Origin: Candidatus Moraniibacteriota bacterium
GTDB lineage: Bacteria > Patescibacteriota > Minisyncoccia > Moranbacterales > UBA1568
DNA: 64,000 nt
Direction of reading: 5' to 3'
Assembly (NCBI GenBank): GCA_903859375.1
Contig: CAIOMK010000059.1
Coordinates: 3,438-67,437 of the forward strand
A model generated the notes under the pieces. It saw only the letters and a program-made list of their open reading frames with translations, was not told the DNA's origin and searched no databases. The position numbers were made by a program, and so were the translations under genes. Of this stretch, positions 10,785 to 20,745 are shown piece by piece. Numbering within the stretch: the first letter of the stretch is position 1; each line of letters starts with the position of its first letter.

Positions 10785-13140
10785 CGAACTCCTTCTTCGC
10801 TGCTTCGATCTCGATCATCTGACGGGGATCGGTAGTGATGATCTGGTCCTCACTGTAAGAGGCGATGACCTTGATGGCGACATGCTTGGTCCCGACGAAA
10901 AAGATCCCTTCACCGACGCTCGACTCAAGCAGGAGAAATTTCTCATGATCGGTCAGATAAAACGTTTCGGCGATAAGGTCGATTGACGATGGGGACTGCT
11001 TCAGGAGCAACTGTATGGACGAGTTCGTGATGATAGGCTTGCCGTATCGGGAAGAGAGGAAGTCACCGATGTCCTGTGTGATGGTCGTCAGTCCCGCATA
11101 GTATTTGCGACACCGTTTGGCGATTCCAAACATGAATGCGGCGGCATCCTCGTTCTGCATCATGATCCAAGCCTCATCGACAACGATCATCCGTTTCTTG
11201 GTCTCCGCGCGGATCTCGTTCCAGATGAATTGCAGGATGATGTACATCGCGACCGGCCGGAGTTCGTTCTCGAGATCGCGGATGTTGAAGATGACCATCT
11301 GCTTGTTCATCGAGATGTTGGTCTGATGATTAAGGAATCCTCCGAACACACCTTCGGTATATCGTTCAAGGCGCGCCGCAAGCGATTCCCCTCCTTCGAG
11401 ATTCCGGAGGACGGCATGCAGGTCGGACATCGTCGGGAACGACGATGCGTCGAGAGCGCGCAGGTCCGAGAGCTCTGTGATGTCCCTGATAGCATAGGTC
11501 TCACGGATCGAACGGTCGAGCACGGAATCCTCTTCCGGTGAAACCGCACCGAGCATAAGGTGTAGCAAGCCTATCAGGTTCGCGATATGGCTCCGGAACA
11601 CGCCCTCGTCATCGTCCGTCGTACCGATTTTCGGCAGATCGAACGGATTCAGGTGTGACTCGGACGAAAGAGAGATACCCAAGAACGACCCGCCGACAGT
11701 ATCACACAGATGTTGGTATTCGTTCTCCGGGTCGATGATGATCACAGACGTTCCGAACATCATTGCGCGCAACACCTCGAGCTTGATCGTATAGCTTTTT
11801 CCGGCACCGGACTTGGCAAAGACGACCATGTTCGCATTCTCCATCTTGAACCGGTCGAACAAGACGAGCGAATTATTGTGACGGTTGATGCCGTAGAGCA
11901 CGCCTTCATTCGACGACAGGTCAGATGAGACGAACGGGAACGTCGTCGAAAGCGGTGACGTATTGAGATTGTTTGCGATATCAAGCGTGTCCATGCCGAG
12001 CGGACGGGTCGAAATGAATCCCTGATCCATCCGAAGAATGGCCGGTTTAGAAAACACCATCTGTGCCTCAAGAATGGCCTCTATCCCCTGCGAGATATCC
12101 GAAAGAGTCTTCTCATCCTGAGCATAGACGGTTATATAGATTCCGAATCGGAAAAATTTCTCCGTCCCCTGCTGGAGACTGTCACGAAGTTCCTCGATAT
12201 TCTCGAGTGCGGATTCAAGGACGGGATCGCGTATTTTTCCGTCCTGGGACTCGATGGACATCTGCGACTGCACCTGTGTTGCGGACCGCCTCAGGTCCTT
12301 CATGATTTCCCGTGTGTCTATCGGATGTATGGAAAACGATATGTCCATCGGCGCATCCATGTTTATGATGGGCGAGAACCAGTTCGTTCCGAGATATTTC
12401 GGGTACGCGACGATAAACAATGTTTTTGCGAGCACATCACCCACTTGCATGGATGTAGGCGACAATCTGATCGCCGACGGCGCTATCAGGTCTCTCAATG
12501 TCGCCACGCCCTGGGAGTACAGGTCCCGGTTCGTCGCATCGGCGGTCTTCGCGGGATGTGGCAGACTTGGAAGTCCGAAGTGTCCAGACGACGCCTTGCG
12601 GGCTACGGGAGACACCTCCTTTGGAACGACGAATGCCGCGTTCGAAGCCGGCTTGATCGGCAAGACGGGATCTGTCAAAAGGGCATCTTGTTCAGGCCTC
12701 CACGCTGCTCGCGGTTGGGGAGCCGGCTCTACGGGAGCGACAGGCGCAGTTACTTGAGCCTCTGTATCGATTCCCCACGCCCCATAAACAGGAGCCTTAT
12801 TGACACTCCGCTCCGGAGCATGAAAAGGAAAGGGGGGGTTGCTCTCGACTGGGTGGACTTGTCCTTCACTACCTTGGTACATTCCTTCTTGCGGTACCTC
12901 CGGGAGGAAAAAAGGGTCGACCGGACGGGTCGGCTCGGAGTCACCGACAGTCGGAATATCAGAATACGGTGAAGTATCGGTTTGTGATTGGGACGGGAGT
13001 TGCGTTGACGGTTGGACAGACGGTGCGACCGGACTGCCGGAAGAATCCGCATTCATTCGTGATTGAGGCGTCAGTTTCCACGGATTGGATGAGGAGGTGA
13101 GATTCAGCCCGTCATCTTCGAAAACGATACTTTGTTTCAT
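10762..13140 (-). CDS. virB4: VirB4-like type IV secretion/conjugation ATPase with Pro-rich N-terminal extension
   Basis: Walker A AKSGAGKS, IIDPENEY, Walker B IVVDEAW, RCRKY and TITQD motifs. Confidence 0.9.
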   Translation of the reverse strand: MKQSIVFEDDGLNLTSSSNPWKLTPQSRMNADSSGSPVAPSVQPSTQLPSQSQTDTSPYSDIPTVGDSEPTRPVDPFFLPEVPQEGMYQGSEGQVHPVESNPPFPFHAPERSVNKAPVYGAWGIDTEAQVTAPVAPVEPAPQPRAAWRPEQDALLTDPVLPIKPASNAAFVVPKEVSPVARKASSGHFGLPSLPHPAKTADATNRDLYSQGVATLRDLIAPSAIRLSPTSMQVGDVLAKTLFIVAYPKYLGTNWFSPIINMDAPMDISFSIHPIDTREIMKDLRRSATQVQSQMSIESQDGKIRDPVLESALENIEELRDSLQQGTEKFFRFGIYITVYAQDEKTLSDISQGIEAILEAQMVFSKPAILRMDQGFISTRPLGMDTLDIANNLNTSPLSTTFPFVSSDLSSNEGVLYGINRHNNSLVLFDRFKMENANMVVFAKSGAGKSYTIKLEVLRAMMFGTSVIIIDPENEYQHLCDTVGGSFLGISLSSESHLNPFDLPKIGTTDDDEGVFRSHIANLIGLLHLMLGAVSPEEDSVLDRSIRETYAIRDITELSDLRALDASSFPTMSDLHAVLRNLEGGESLAARLERYTEGVFGGFLNHQTNISMNKQMVIFNIRDLENELRPVAMYIILQFIWNEIRAETKKRMIVVDEAWIMMQNEDAAAFMFGIAKRCRKYYAGLTTITQDIGDFLSSRYGKPIITNSSIQLLLKQSPSSIDLIAETFYLTDHEKFLLLESSVGEGIFFVGTKHVAIKVIASYSEDQIITTDPRQMIEIEAAKKEFDEEQGES

Positions 13141-13144
13141 AGGG

Positions 13145-13831
13145 TCAACGTTTGGAAAGTTCGAGCTGGTCGACGTTCTTGATGATGGTCGTAGCGAAGA
13201 CTGATGGGTTATAGGTGTTATAGAGCAGCTCGATAGTTTCTTCCGTCCCGAGCATCTTCGTCAGCACGCCGGTTCCGGAGAGTGCCGACGCGACCTGATC
13301 GGCACGCTGTAACAGCTGGTTCCGATAGGTTTCAAATGTCTCACTATGAGAAACCGACCCGGAACTCGGCTGAAAAATACCGGACAGTTTCCCGAGAAGT
13401 CCGCCGGACTCCGTTTCCGACGGTGCGAACGGAACCACGACATAAAAGAATTTCTACATGATATTCGAGACATCGGTCAGATTCCGAACGAAATTCCGAT
13501 ACTCGGAAATTTGAAACCGGAGCAGTTCGTTCTCCTGATGCTTCTCCTCTTCGACAAGCTTCTCAAGATACGGCTCGACTCGGAAACGACGGGAGTGGAC
13601 GATAATCTGCAACGGAAAATCGAGCGAATTCAGGAATCCCTGATATTGACTGATGATCGCATCCTGCTCATCGCTCGATTTCAGGTCGAAGTTAATCGAG
13701 GAAACAAGCAGTATACAACGAATCGAACCGTTTTTGAGCACGATAATACCGTCGCGGACATCTTCGACGTCCACGTACTTCTGCGTACTCGACGCATCCG
13801 ATTCATGTTTTTTTGGGGTAAGAAATTCCAT
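13145..13831 (-). pseudogene. T4SS-associated TraC-like protein interrupted by an in-frame TAG (13454-13456)
   Basis: ORFs 13454..13831 and 13145..13438 are in the same frame and read ...DVSNIM*KFFYVVVPFAP...; contains DGIIVLKNG and SSINFDLKS-EQDAII. Confidence 0.75.
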
Positions 13832-13861
13832 AGGATCGATTCGTTTTCGTTTTTCTCTTTC

Positions 13862-14452
13862 TGTTCCTTTCCGTCCCCGCTCCCGTCCCCGCTTTCGACT
13901 TGTAACTTTCAACTTGTAACTTTCGACTATTCTTCCCCGTCCCCGTCCCCGCTTTCGACTACTCTCCCCCCGTCCCCGTCCCCGCTTTCAACTTGTAACT
14001 TTCGACTATTCTTCCCCTTCCCCACTTTCGACTTGTAACTTTCGACTTATGACTACTCTCCGACTTGTGACTATTCTCCGCTTTTCGACTTTTCACTTTT
14101 CACTTTCGACTACTCTCCCCCCGTTCCCGTTCCCGTCCCCACTTTCGACTTGTAACTTGTGACTACTCTCCTCCCGTTCCCGTCCCCGCTTTCGACTATT
14201 CTTCCCCGTTCCCGCTTTCGACTTGTGACTTGTGACTTGTGACTTGTGACTGTTCTCCGACTTGTGACTACTCTCCTCCCGTTCCCGTTCCCGTCCCCAC
14301 TTTCGACTATTCTTCCCCGCCCCCGCTTTCGACTTTCGACTATTCTTCCCCGTTCCCACTTTCGACTTGTAACTTTCGACTTATGACTACTCTCCGACTT
14401 ATGACTACTCTCCGACTTATGACTACTCTCCCCCCGTTCCCGTTCCCGCTTT
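13862..14452. repeat. mosaic low-complexity repeat tract (7-mers ACTTTCG/ACTTGTA/ACTTGTG/ACTTATG plus CCCGT(T/C) hexamers)
   Basis: Directly visible; pyrimidine-rich on + and purine-rich on the coding (-) strand. Confidence 0.9.
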
Positions 14453-14459
14453 TCATTTC

Positions 14460-14852
14460 CTATCTCGTATCCATAAGCTTCGCGACCCTTCGTATGTCCT
14501 CGGCACTGACCGTTTTCAAATGAACCGGTTCGTTTCCCGATTTCGCTTTCATCGGCTGATATCCCGGCAAAGAAGATGGCCTTCTCCACATGAGCACTTT
14601 CGGATGCAACATGAAGAAGAAAGCGTGAACCACGTAACTGAGAAGAGGCTGTCCCGCAGGTCGATAAAATGCCAGCAGAACGAACAATACCACGATCGGC
14701 ACAGCGACGACGAAAGTCACCGTACCGGGAAAAATCGCCGCAACCGACAAGACAGTCGCGAACATGCCGATCATCCAAAACAGTTGCTTGACTGTCAGTG
14801 GACCGGCAACCTTGTCCTCGACATCTATGAACTGCGGTACATTGAACATCAT
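14460..14852 (-). CDS. PrgI family protein
   Basis: MMFNVPQFIDVEDKVAGPLTVKQLFW N-terminus followed by two TM helices. Confidence 0.85.
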   Translation of the reverse strand: MMFNVPQFIDVEDKVAGPLTVKQLFWMIGMFATVLSVAAIFPGTVTFVVAVPIVVLFVLLAFYRPAGQPLLSYVVHAFFFMLHPKVLMWRRPSSLPGYQPMKAKSGNEPVHLKTVSAEDIRRVAKLMDTR

Positions 14853-14955
14853 AACATGGAATTGAATAGTGAACCTACCGTTGAAAACCGACGGAATACG
14901 CATGGATAGCCGTTCAATTCCCGCACAGGTCATCAACCGGCACTCTCGGCCAAGA

Positions 14956-16719
14956 TCATCTGTTCAAAATATTGTCGACATCTTCTTCGAGGCTGGTTGA
15001 TTTAGTTTGGAAACTTACAGGGTGAATACTGAACGGATTTACTCTGACAGCCGGCGTGGTGGTAGCGGGCTTCACAGTCTCCTGAACCAGCACGGGCTGG
15101 AAGGATGGGATCGACGGCACGAGCGGGGCTGGTGTCCCTGAAACATCGGCAATGACGGTCGGCACGGTTTTCGCGACGGGAGGAACCGAAACAGCCGGCG
15201 TGGCGGGCGCGACAGATGCAGGAGTATGAGCTTCGGGCTGTTTTCGACTGACACCGAACGCACTCAATCCGGATGGAAGGGACACAACTTCGTCTTTATG
15301 GATGGAAAAATCTCCCTGACCGTGAGTTTCAAATGGAAGGGAATGGCTTGAGGAAATAGTTATACTACCACCGGCCGACTGTATCGGCGTATCTGCGATT
15401 TCATCATGCCCGGCGGAAGAAAATGTTTCATTTTTTCCGTAAACAGATGGCGCCACATCGGGAGATTCTGCCTTTTGTGCCTTCTCGACAGTACGGGAAG
15501 AGAAACTTATCGAAGCGGTATTATCGATTCCTTTCACTGCACTTCCTTCGACACGAAGACTTTCGACTGGGAGGTTCGAAGGCGGTACGGGTTTGAACGA
15601 TACAGGTTGTCGGAGCGGCGCCTGCGGAGGTACTGCCGGCGTGACCGGAGCCGGTGATTGTGGCCATGCCGGAGCGGATACCGGAGCCGGTGCCGGTGCC
15701 GGTGTCGGTGTCGGTGTCGGAGCTGGTGCGGACGATATCGGCGTTGCAACTGAAACGGGCTTCACTGAGACCGGAGCAACAAACGGCCTGGCAGCGACAG
15801 CTTTCACAGAAGCAGGATTGGACACGTTGGGTGTCGGTGCCGGAGAGGTGACCGATCTCTCATAAAATCCGGTGGCAGGAAGAGGCGCGGTTTGAAACGG
15901 AGCCGTCACCGACACTGGTCGGGCCGAAACGGCATTCGGCGAAACGGGAACAGGCTTCGCTGCGGTCGGCGCGAATGTGGGGAAAACGATTTCGTATTTT
16001 TGTGCGTCGATATCAAGCGCGAAATTCTCCTCGATCGAACGGAGGATGAGATTGACCCGCTCACGTTCTTCCGAAGAAAGACGCTTACCGTTCTCGGAAT
16101 CGAACAGGAACTTGCCACGAATCATCGGCTCATGATAGCCGACACCGAGCTCGTCACGATATACCCGCATCCAGTTCATGAGACTCGGTCGGACAGACTC
16201 GGGCTGATTCCTTACGCGGATACGCTCCTTCGTGATCTGCTGTTCCCCAAGCCTCGGATACTTCCCCAGTGCCTGCACAATCGCAAGATGTTCCAGATTT
16301 GCATCGGTAGGATCGACATCGGCTTTCGGTCGCACAGAAAGTATTTTTCGCTGAAAGTCCCCTATCATGCCTTGTACGACTCCGGCCTCACGACCTTTTT
16401 GTGAAAAGAATTGGTAAATATTGTTTCCACATTCCTGAATGGACCATTCATGAAAATAGAATTTTCTGACAGCCTGACTTATGAAGGCGATTTCCCCATC
16501 ACCAAGATGTTGATTCTGTCCGAATGTGTAAATCGCCTCCGGAAGCTCTCTCGCGGTAAGGATATCCCGAATGTCAGTAGAAAGCGAATCATATTTCGCC
16601 CATAAAATACTATCTTCTTCCAAAGTAGTCTTATATTTCCCGTCGCCTTCGGTTATCGAAGCAAACATCGGGAAATAGCACCACTTCTTTTCATATTCTT
16701 TTTTATTTGTTCCATCCAT
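14956..16719 (-). CDS. hypothetical protein with long Pro/Ala/Val/Ser-rich disordered C-terminal half
   Basis: 587-aa ORF co-oriented within the T4SS-like cluster. Confidence 0.75.
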   Translation of the reverse strand: MDGTNKKEYEKKWCYFPMFASITEGDGKYKTTLEEDSILWAKYDSLSTDIRDILTARELPEAIYTFGQNQHLGDGEIAFISQAVRKFYFHEWSIQECGNNIYQFFSQKGREAGVVQGMIGDFQRKILSVRPKADVDPTDANLEHLAIVQALGKYPRLGEQQITKERIRVRNQPESVRPSLMNWMRVYRDELGVGYHEPMIRGKFLFDSENGKRLSSEERERVNLILRSIEENFALDIDAQKYEIVFPTFAPTAAKPVPVSPNAVSARPVSVTAPFQTAPLPATGFYERSVTSPAPTPNVSNPASVKAVAARPFVAPVSVKPVSVATPISSAPAPTPTPTPAPAPAPVSAPAWPQSPAPVTPAVPPQAPLRQPVSFKPVPPSNLPVESLRVEGSAVKGIDNTASISFSSRTVEKAQKAESPDVAPSVYGKNETFSSAGHDEIADTPIQSAGGSITISSSHSLPFETHGQGDFSIHKDEVVSLPSGLSAFGVSRKQPEAHTPASVAPATPAVSVPPVAKTVPTVIADVSGTPAPLVPSIPSFQPVLVQETVKPATTTPAVRVNPFSIHPVSFQTKSTSLEEDVDNILNR

Positions 16720-16771
16720 AGGAAAATATTACCAATCTATTTGACGACGACTCAGTCTAATCCCTGAATTT

Positions 16772-19129
16772 CTATGGGACCAGGCCTTCTACTTTCCACG
16801 AATTCTTCTGATTTCCATCCAAGTGTTTATACGCTTCCTGCATATCTTGAATCGTCCAGACTCCGGCAGTATATTTGTCCTCAACAAATGTCTTCAAATG
16901 TGTGTTCATGCTTCCAGGTGTCCCATCTCCATGCATATCCTTCAGTTTGCCGATATCACCAGCTGTCATCTTTGCAAAATGATCGGTATACACTTGAGCA
17001 TCAGATGTCCCAGGGGGAGCAATGGAGATTTCATGCTGAATAATCGGTTCGATTCGGCCTTCCTTTCTCAGCCTGCCGTCAAATTTCTTCTTCAGCTCCG
17101 GATTGGCGGTAAAAGCGGGATTGTTCACCAGAGACTGATACTGGGCAAGATTCATCTTCATCGCATCGCCATCGACCTTGTCGAGAAGTGTAGCAATCGA
17201 TTTGAAATCATCCCCAAGATGCCCGATGGAGGCGATCATCCCTGCCGCATCTTGCATGACCTTCTTATCGACCTTACGGACGATATCAGCTTTCCCTTCA
17301 GGGCTCGCTACGGCATTGATAGCATTATCAAGATCGGACTGGTTCCGGATAGCATCCTTTTTGACAAGCATTCTGGCGGCGGCTTCCCTTTCTGCGACCG
17401 TCGCCTTCAAGTTACTGGGGTCGATATACTCGCGAAGCTTCGCATCATCATGCTTCTTTTCCTCAAATTGCTTTTCTGCATCCGTGACATTCCGTTTGTG
17501 AATCTCTGCGGATGCCGACTGAGTTCCCTTCGCCCATCCTTTTTCTGCGACGCTCTTTGCCTGCAATTCACGATCTTTCGCTGTTTCTTCCCTCTTTCCA
17601 ATCTTTTTAAGTTGATTTGCCCCCCATTCTCCACCCACATTCTTTCCGAACAACTGCCCTGTCTTGGTAACATTCTTCACACCCGCGACCGTACCTCTTG
17701 CAGTGGTCCTTGTAAAACTATTTTTGCCACTCTGACCGACCGTCCCAACAAACAAAGCACCTTTTCCGGCTTTTTTCGCCATCGACTTTGAGAATTTCTT
17801 CGCCGCACCGGCGACGGCCGACGCACCGGCGATGCCGGACGAACCCATGACCGAAATCGACATCCAGATAAAGATGACCGGCAACATGGTCGTGACTGCG
17901 GACGCGACATTTATCCCCCCTATATTCTTGGCTATATTGTCCAACTGCGTCCTGGCCGAGGAGCTGTTGAACTCACTCATCACCTTTACCGAAACCAGGA
18001 GCATCAACGCAGAAGTCGGTCCGAAAATGATATATTTCAGAAAATTATCCCACCACTGGCCGGAAAATTTCTGAAGTCCCGGAATAGCCGTCCCCACAAA
18101 TCCTATCGGTGAAAAGATAATCAGCGCCAAGAGAACGAGAATACGGATGAACAAGAGCGCACCGAGCGCGATAAGCGAGAACCCGAAGATAAAAATGAAA
18201 ACGATCGCGATCAGCATGTCTTTGATCTGATCGACTGATCCGTGTTGCACGAATGTGGACTTGTCCGCGTCTGTCAATATGTTGTTGACGATACCCGAAG
18301 TCTTGAATGCGGTCGAGGATATCGCATCGCCGGCACTTTTCGTCTTGTCCGCGGAAAGACTGTTCAGGAAGAAATACATCGGCACATTACCCGCATCGAT
18401 AAGGAATCGAGCTATAGGGAAACTGAAGTTGGTGAGGAGCGCCATCAGAATGAGGTTCCAGAGGAGTTTTTTGTAGTTGTAGGCCTGCACTTGGAATATC
18501 GTCGCAAACGCGATGAAGAGTATCGTCAGTATGAAGAATAGGTTGAAGAAATCCCGTACCATCCGCCACAGGGTGTATACCGCACTCAGATTGAACAGGC
18601 CGGTCACGGCGATCGGGTTCAGTACGAACGAAAGGAGGACTACACCTAAGGTGATAATAAAACTGACCAGACCGAGTACGGCATGTATCAACTTTGCGAG
18701 GGCCCACAGAAACGTTTCCCCAGGCCCTGAGCCTGATTGCTCGTATTTATTCGTTAGGCCAGCTTCCTCCCTCGCGGTTTTATCGTTCGTGAACTCCCCC
18801 CACCTCGCGATCTGAGCGGGTACGTTTCCTGAGCAAAACGTTACGCACGCTGCCAAGTCAGTCGTCGTTTGCGATGATAGCTCATGGAGGCGTGTCGTAT
18901 CAGTCGAGGCATAACATTGACACGTCCCTGCCGCGGATACAGGCGTCGGTGATGCGCTGATAAAAAAGAAAATACTTGCGACGAAAAACGCCGAAAGCAG
19001 GGCAGGGGAAAGACGGAAAAAAATGTTTCTCTTTTGTTTCACACTCAGAACGTCCCCAAAGGGGCGAAAATCCGTACAAAGAATCAACCGACAGAATCCA
19101 GACATATCATCACTGAAAGAATACCACAA
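16772..19129 (-). CDS. VirB6/TrbL-like polytopic membrane protein (start uncertain)
   Basis: WRMVRDFFNLFFI...LLTNFS motif; multiple TM helices; Cys-containing N-terminal extracellular segment; basic/helical C-terminal tail. Confidence 0.7.
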   Translation of the reverse strand: MWYSFSDDMSGFCRLILCTDFRPFGDVLSVKQKRNIFFRLSPALLSAFFVASIFFFISASPTPVSAAGTCQCYASTDTTRLHELSSQTTTDLAACVTFCSGNVPAQIARWGEFTNDKTAREEAGLTNKYEQSGSGPGETFLWALAKLIHAVLGLVSFIITLGVVLLSFVLNPIAVTGLFNLSAVYTLWRMVRDFFNLFFILTILFIAFATIFQVQAYNYKKLLWNLILMALLTNFSFPIARFLIDAGNVPMYFFLNSLSADKTKSAGDAISSTAFKTSGIVNNILTDADKSTFVQHGSVDQIKDMLIAIVFIFIFGFSLIALGALLFIRILVLLALIIFSPIGFVGTAIPGLQKFSGQWWDNFLKYIIFGPTSALMLLVSVKVMSEFNSSSARTQLDNIAKNIGGINVASAVTTMLPVIFIWMSISVMGSSGIAGASAVAGAAKKFSKSMAKKAGKGALFVGTVGQSGKNSFTRTTARGTVAGVKNVTKTGQLFGKNVGGEWGANQLKKIGKREETAKDRELQAKSVAEKGWAKGTQSASAEIHKRNVTDAEKQFEEKKHDDAKLREYIDPSNLKATVAEREAAARMLVKKDAIRNQSDLDNAINAVASPEGKADIVRKVDKKVMQDAAGMIASIGHLGDDFKSIATLLDKVDGDAMKMNLAQYQSLVNNPAFTANPELKKKFDGRLRKEGRIEPIIQHEISIAPPGTSDAQVYTDHFAKMTAGDIGKLKDMHGDGTPGSMNTHLKTFVEDKYTAGVWTIQDMQEAYKHLDGNQKNSWKVEGLVP

Positions 19130-19263
19130 AATACGATATAAAAAAACTCCAAAACATCAAACGTTTCGGAGTTCATTCATACCATAACTCTCACGGTTAC
19201 ATTTCGTATTTTTCTCTTCCGTCTCAGTCTCATATTTTACACTTTTCTCTTTGCACTTTTCGC

Positions 19264-20502
19264 TTAATAGATATATCCCTTGATCGCACGACTGGCGATA
19301 GGAAGGACGCGGCGGTTAACCTTTCCCCAACCCTTGTAGTTCATCTCCGAGATGGTGATCGAGTCCCCGGAGACGCTTTCGACGATTGCGACATGCCCGT
19401 AGTATCGGTTCTCAGTCGTCACGATGATAGCTCCGCGAGACGGAACCCTTCCGGTCCGATATCCCATCGAACGTGCGTTAAATATCCATGTTCCAGCATT
19501 CCCACTCCACGGGACATAGCGTTTCTGAGCCACATACCACGTACAATATCCGTATGGGAACCGGTGTCCGTCCCCGGCCTTGCCATCAAGCGTCCTCCCA
19601 CCGCCCGACACGTCCGTCACCTCGCCGGCGGACGTGGCCGACGCATACTGCCTCCTCGCTATGCCTATCGTATCAACCGGTCTCGGTATCTCCTTGAGCC
19701 CGCCAGGGATCATGATGGAGTCACCGACAATCAGGTCACCGTTCGCAGGCAAGCTGTTGTATGACAATATTTTCTCACGGTCAGCCTTGTACTTCCCCGC
19801 AATGGAGTCGATAGTATCTCCGGACGTGACCGTATATGACAGTCCGGCAATCGGCAGGATGAAAATCTGGTCTCCGGGTTTTATGGAATCCACGTTGTCG
19901 AGGTTGTTCGCCCAGAGGATGGTATTCACGGTGATACCTTGATTCGCCGCAATCCCCGACACTGTATCACCTTCGGCCACGGTATAGATGCTCACGCCAC
20001 CTCCTTCTTCCGGATCTTTGGCAATGGAGTTGTCCGCATGAGCGGAAAGAAGCGCGCCTCCTTGGAATGCGATATTGTCCGCCTCGGCCGTATCTTTTGA
20101 GAGATCGACTGCGGTCGTCGCGGTCGAAAGATGGACAAGTGCAAGGCCTGCTTCCGCCTGACCCTTCAACGCGAACCGGTCACGGTATGTCGTCGGTACA
20201 GGCGTTCCGGTATCACGAAAATAACCGAATATAGCGCTCATTCCCTGCTCATGGGAGACATTCGTCAATGAAACGAGTAAAGCACTGGAGACAACCAGGG
20301 AAAACGCGCCGTACGTCCGGAATGATTCCAGCAATCGTCCGCCGAAACCACCCTTCAGTGTGTCGAGGACGAGACGTTGGGCGTGATGCGCCTCCATTTC
20401 AAAAACGGAGAAGCCTTCCCCGATTCGTTCCCACAGTCGGGAAAGTCCATTCTTGATACGTGACAAAACGGAGATAGGGATGGTCCCTTTCCTCAGGAAC
20501 AA
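19264..20502 (-). CDS. LysM x2 plus CHAP domain peptidoglycan hydrolase
   Basis: YTVAEGDTVSGIA and YTVTSGDTIDSIA (LysM); FPYGYCTWYV...GHVAIVE...SEMNY (CHAP). Confidence 0.9.
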   Translation of the reverse strand: MFLRKGTIPISVLSRIKNGLSRLWERIGEGFSVFEMEAHHAQRLVLDTLKGGFGGRLLESFRTYGAFSLVVSSALLVSLTNVSHEQGMSAIFGYFRDTGTPVPTTYRDRFALKGQAEAGLALVHLSTATTAVDLSKDTAEADNIAFQGGALLSAHADNSIAKDPEEGGGVSIYTVAEGDTVSGIAANQGITVNTILWANNLDNVDSIKPGDQIFILPIAGLSYTVTSGDTIDSIAGKYKADREKILSYNSLPANGDLIVGDSIMIPGGLKEIPRPVDTIGIARRQYASATSAGEVTDVSGGGRTLDGKAGDGHRFPYGYCTWYVAQKRYVPWSGNAGTWIFNARSMGYRTGRVPSRGAIIVTTENRYYGHVAIVESVSGDSITISEMNYKGWGKVNRRVLPIASRAIKGYIY

Positions 20503-20745
20503 GCTGTAGGCAAGACGCTTTTGACCAGAAAAGCCGTCGAAACCATCGACTCATTCCTTGAATATTTATATGGGATAGTGTACTCGAACAATCCGCTCAT
20601 GTCAACGGTTTTATGGCTCAATAAACTCATTTTTTACCTGGACAAAGCCGTTTATTCAAATCGTTTCCCGCGGCTTCATAGCATCTCGGGCCGATTTGGG
20701 GTACTCTTTGGACGAAAAATGCCGTGAGGAGTGTATACTAAGGAT

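Noticed and set aside
13454-13456. Genome-wide TAG recoding or pyrrolysine use
   Set aside because: TAG ends several intact genes at the expected positions, and no other long conserved gene shows an internal TAG or TGA.
14093-14778. ORF-track peptides with SHKS/GRIVES repeats
   Set aside because: Translation by-products of the low-complexity DNA tract.
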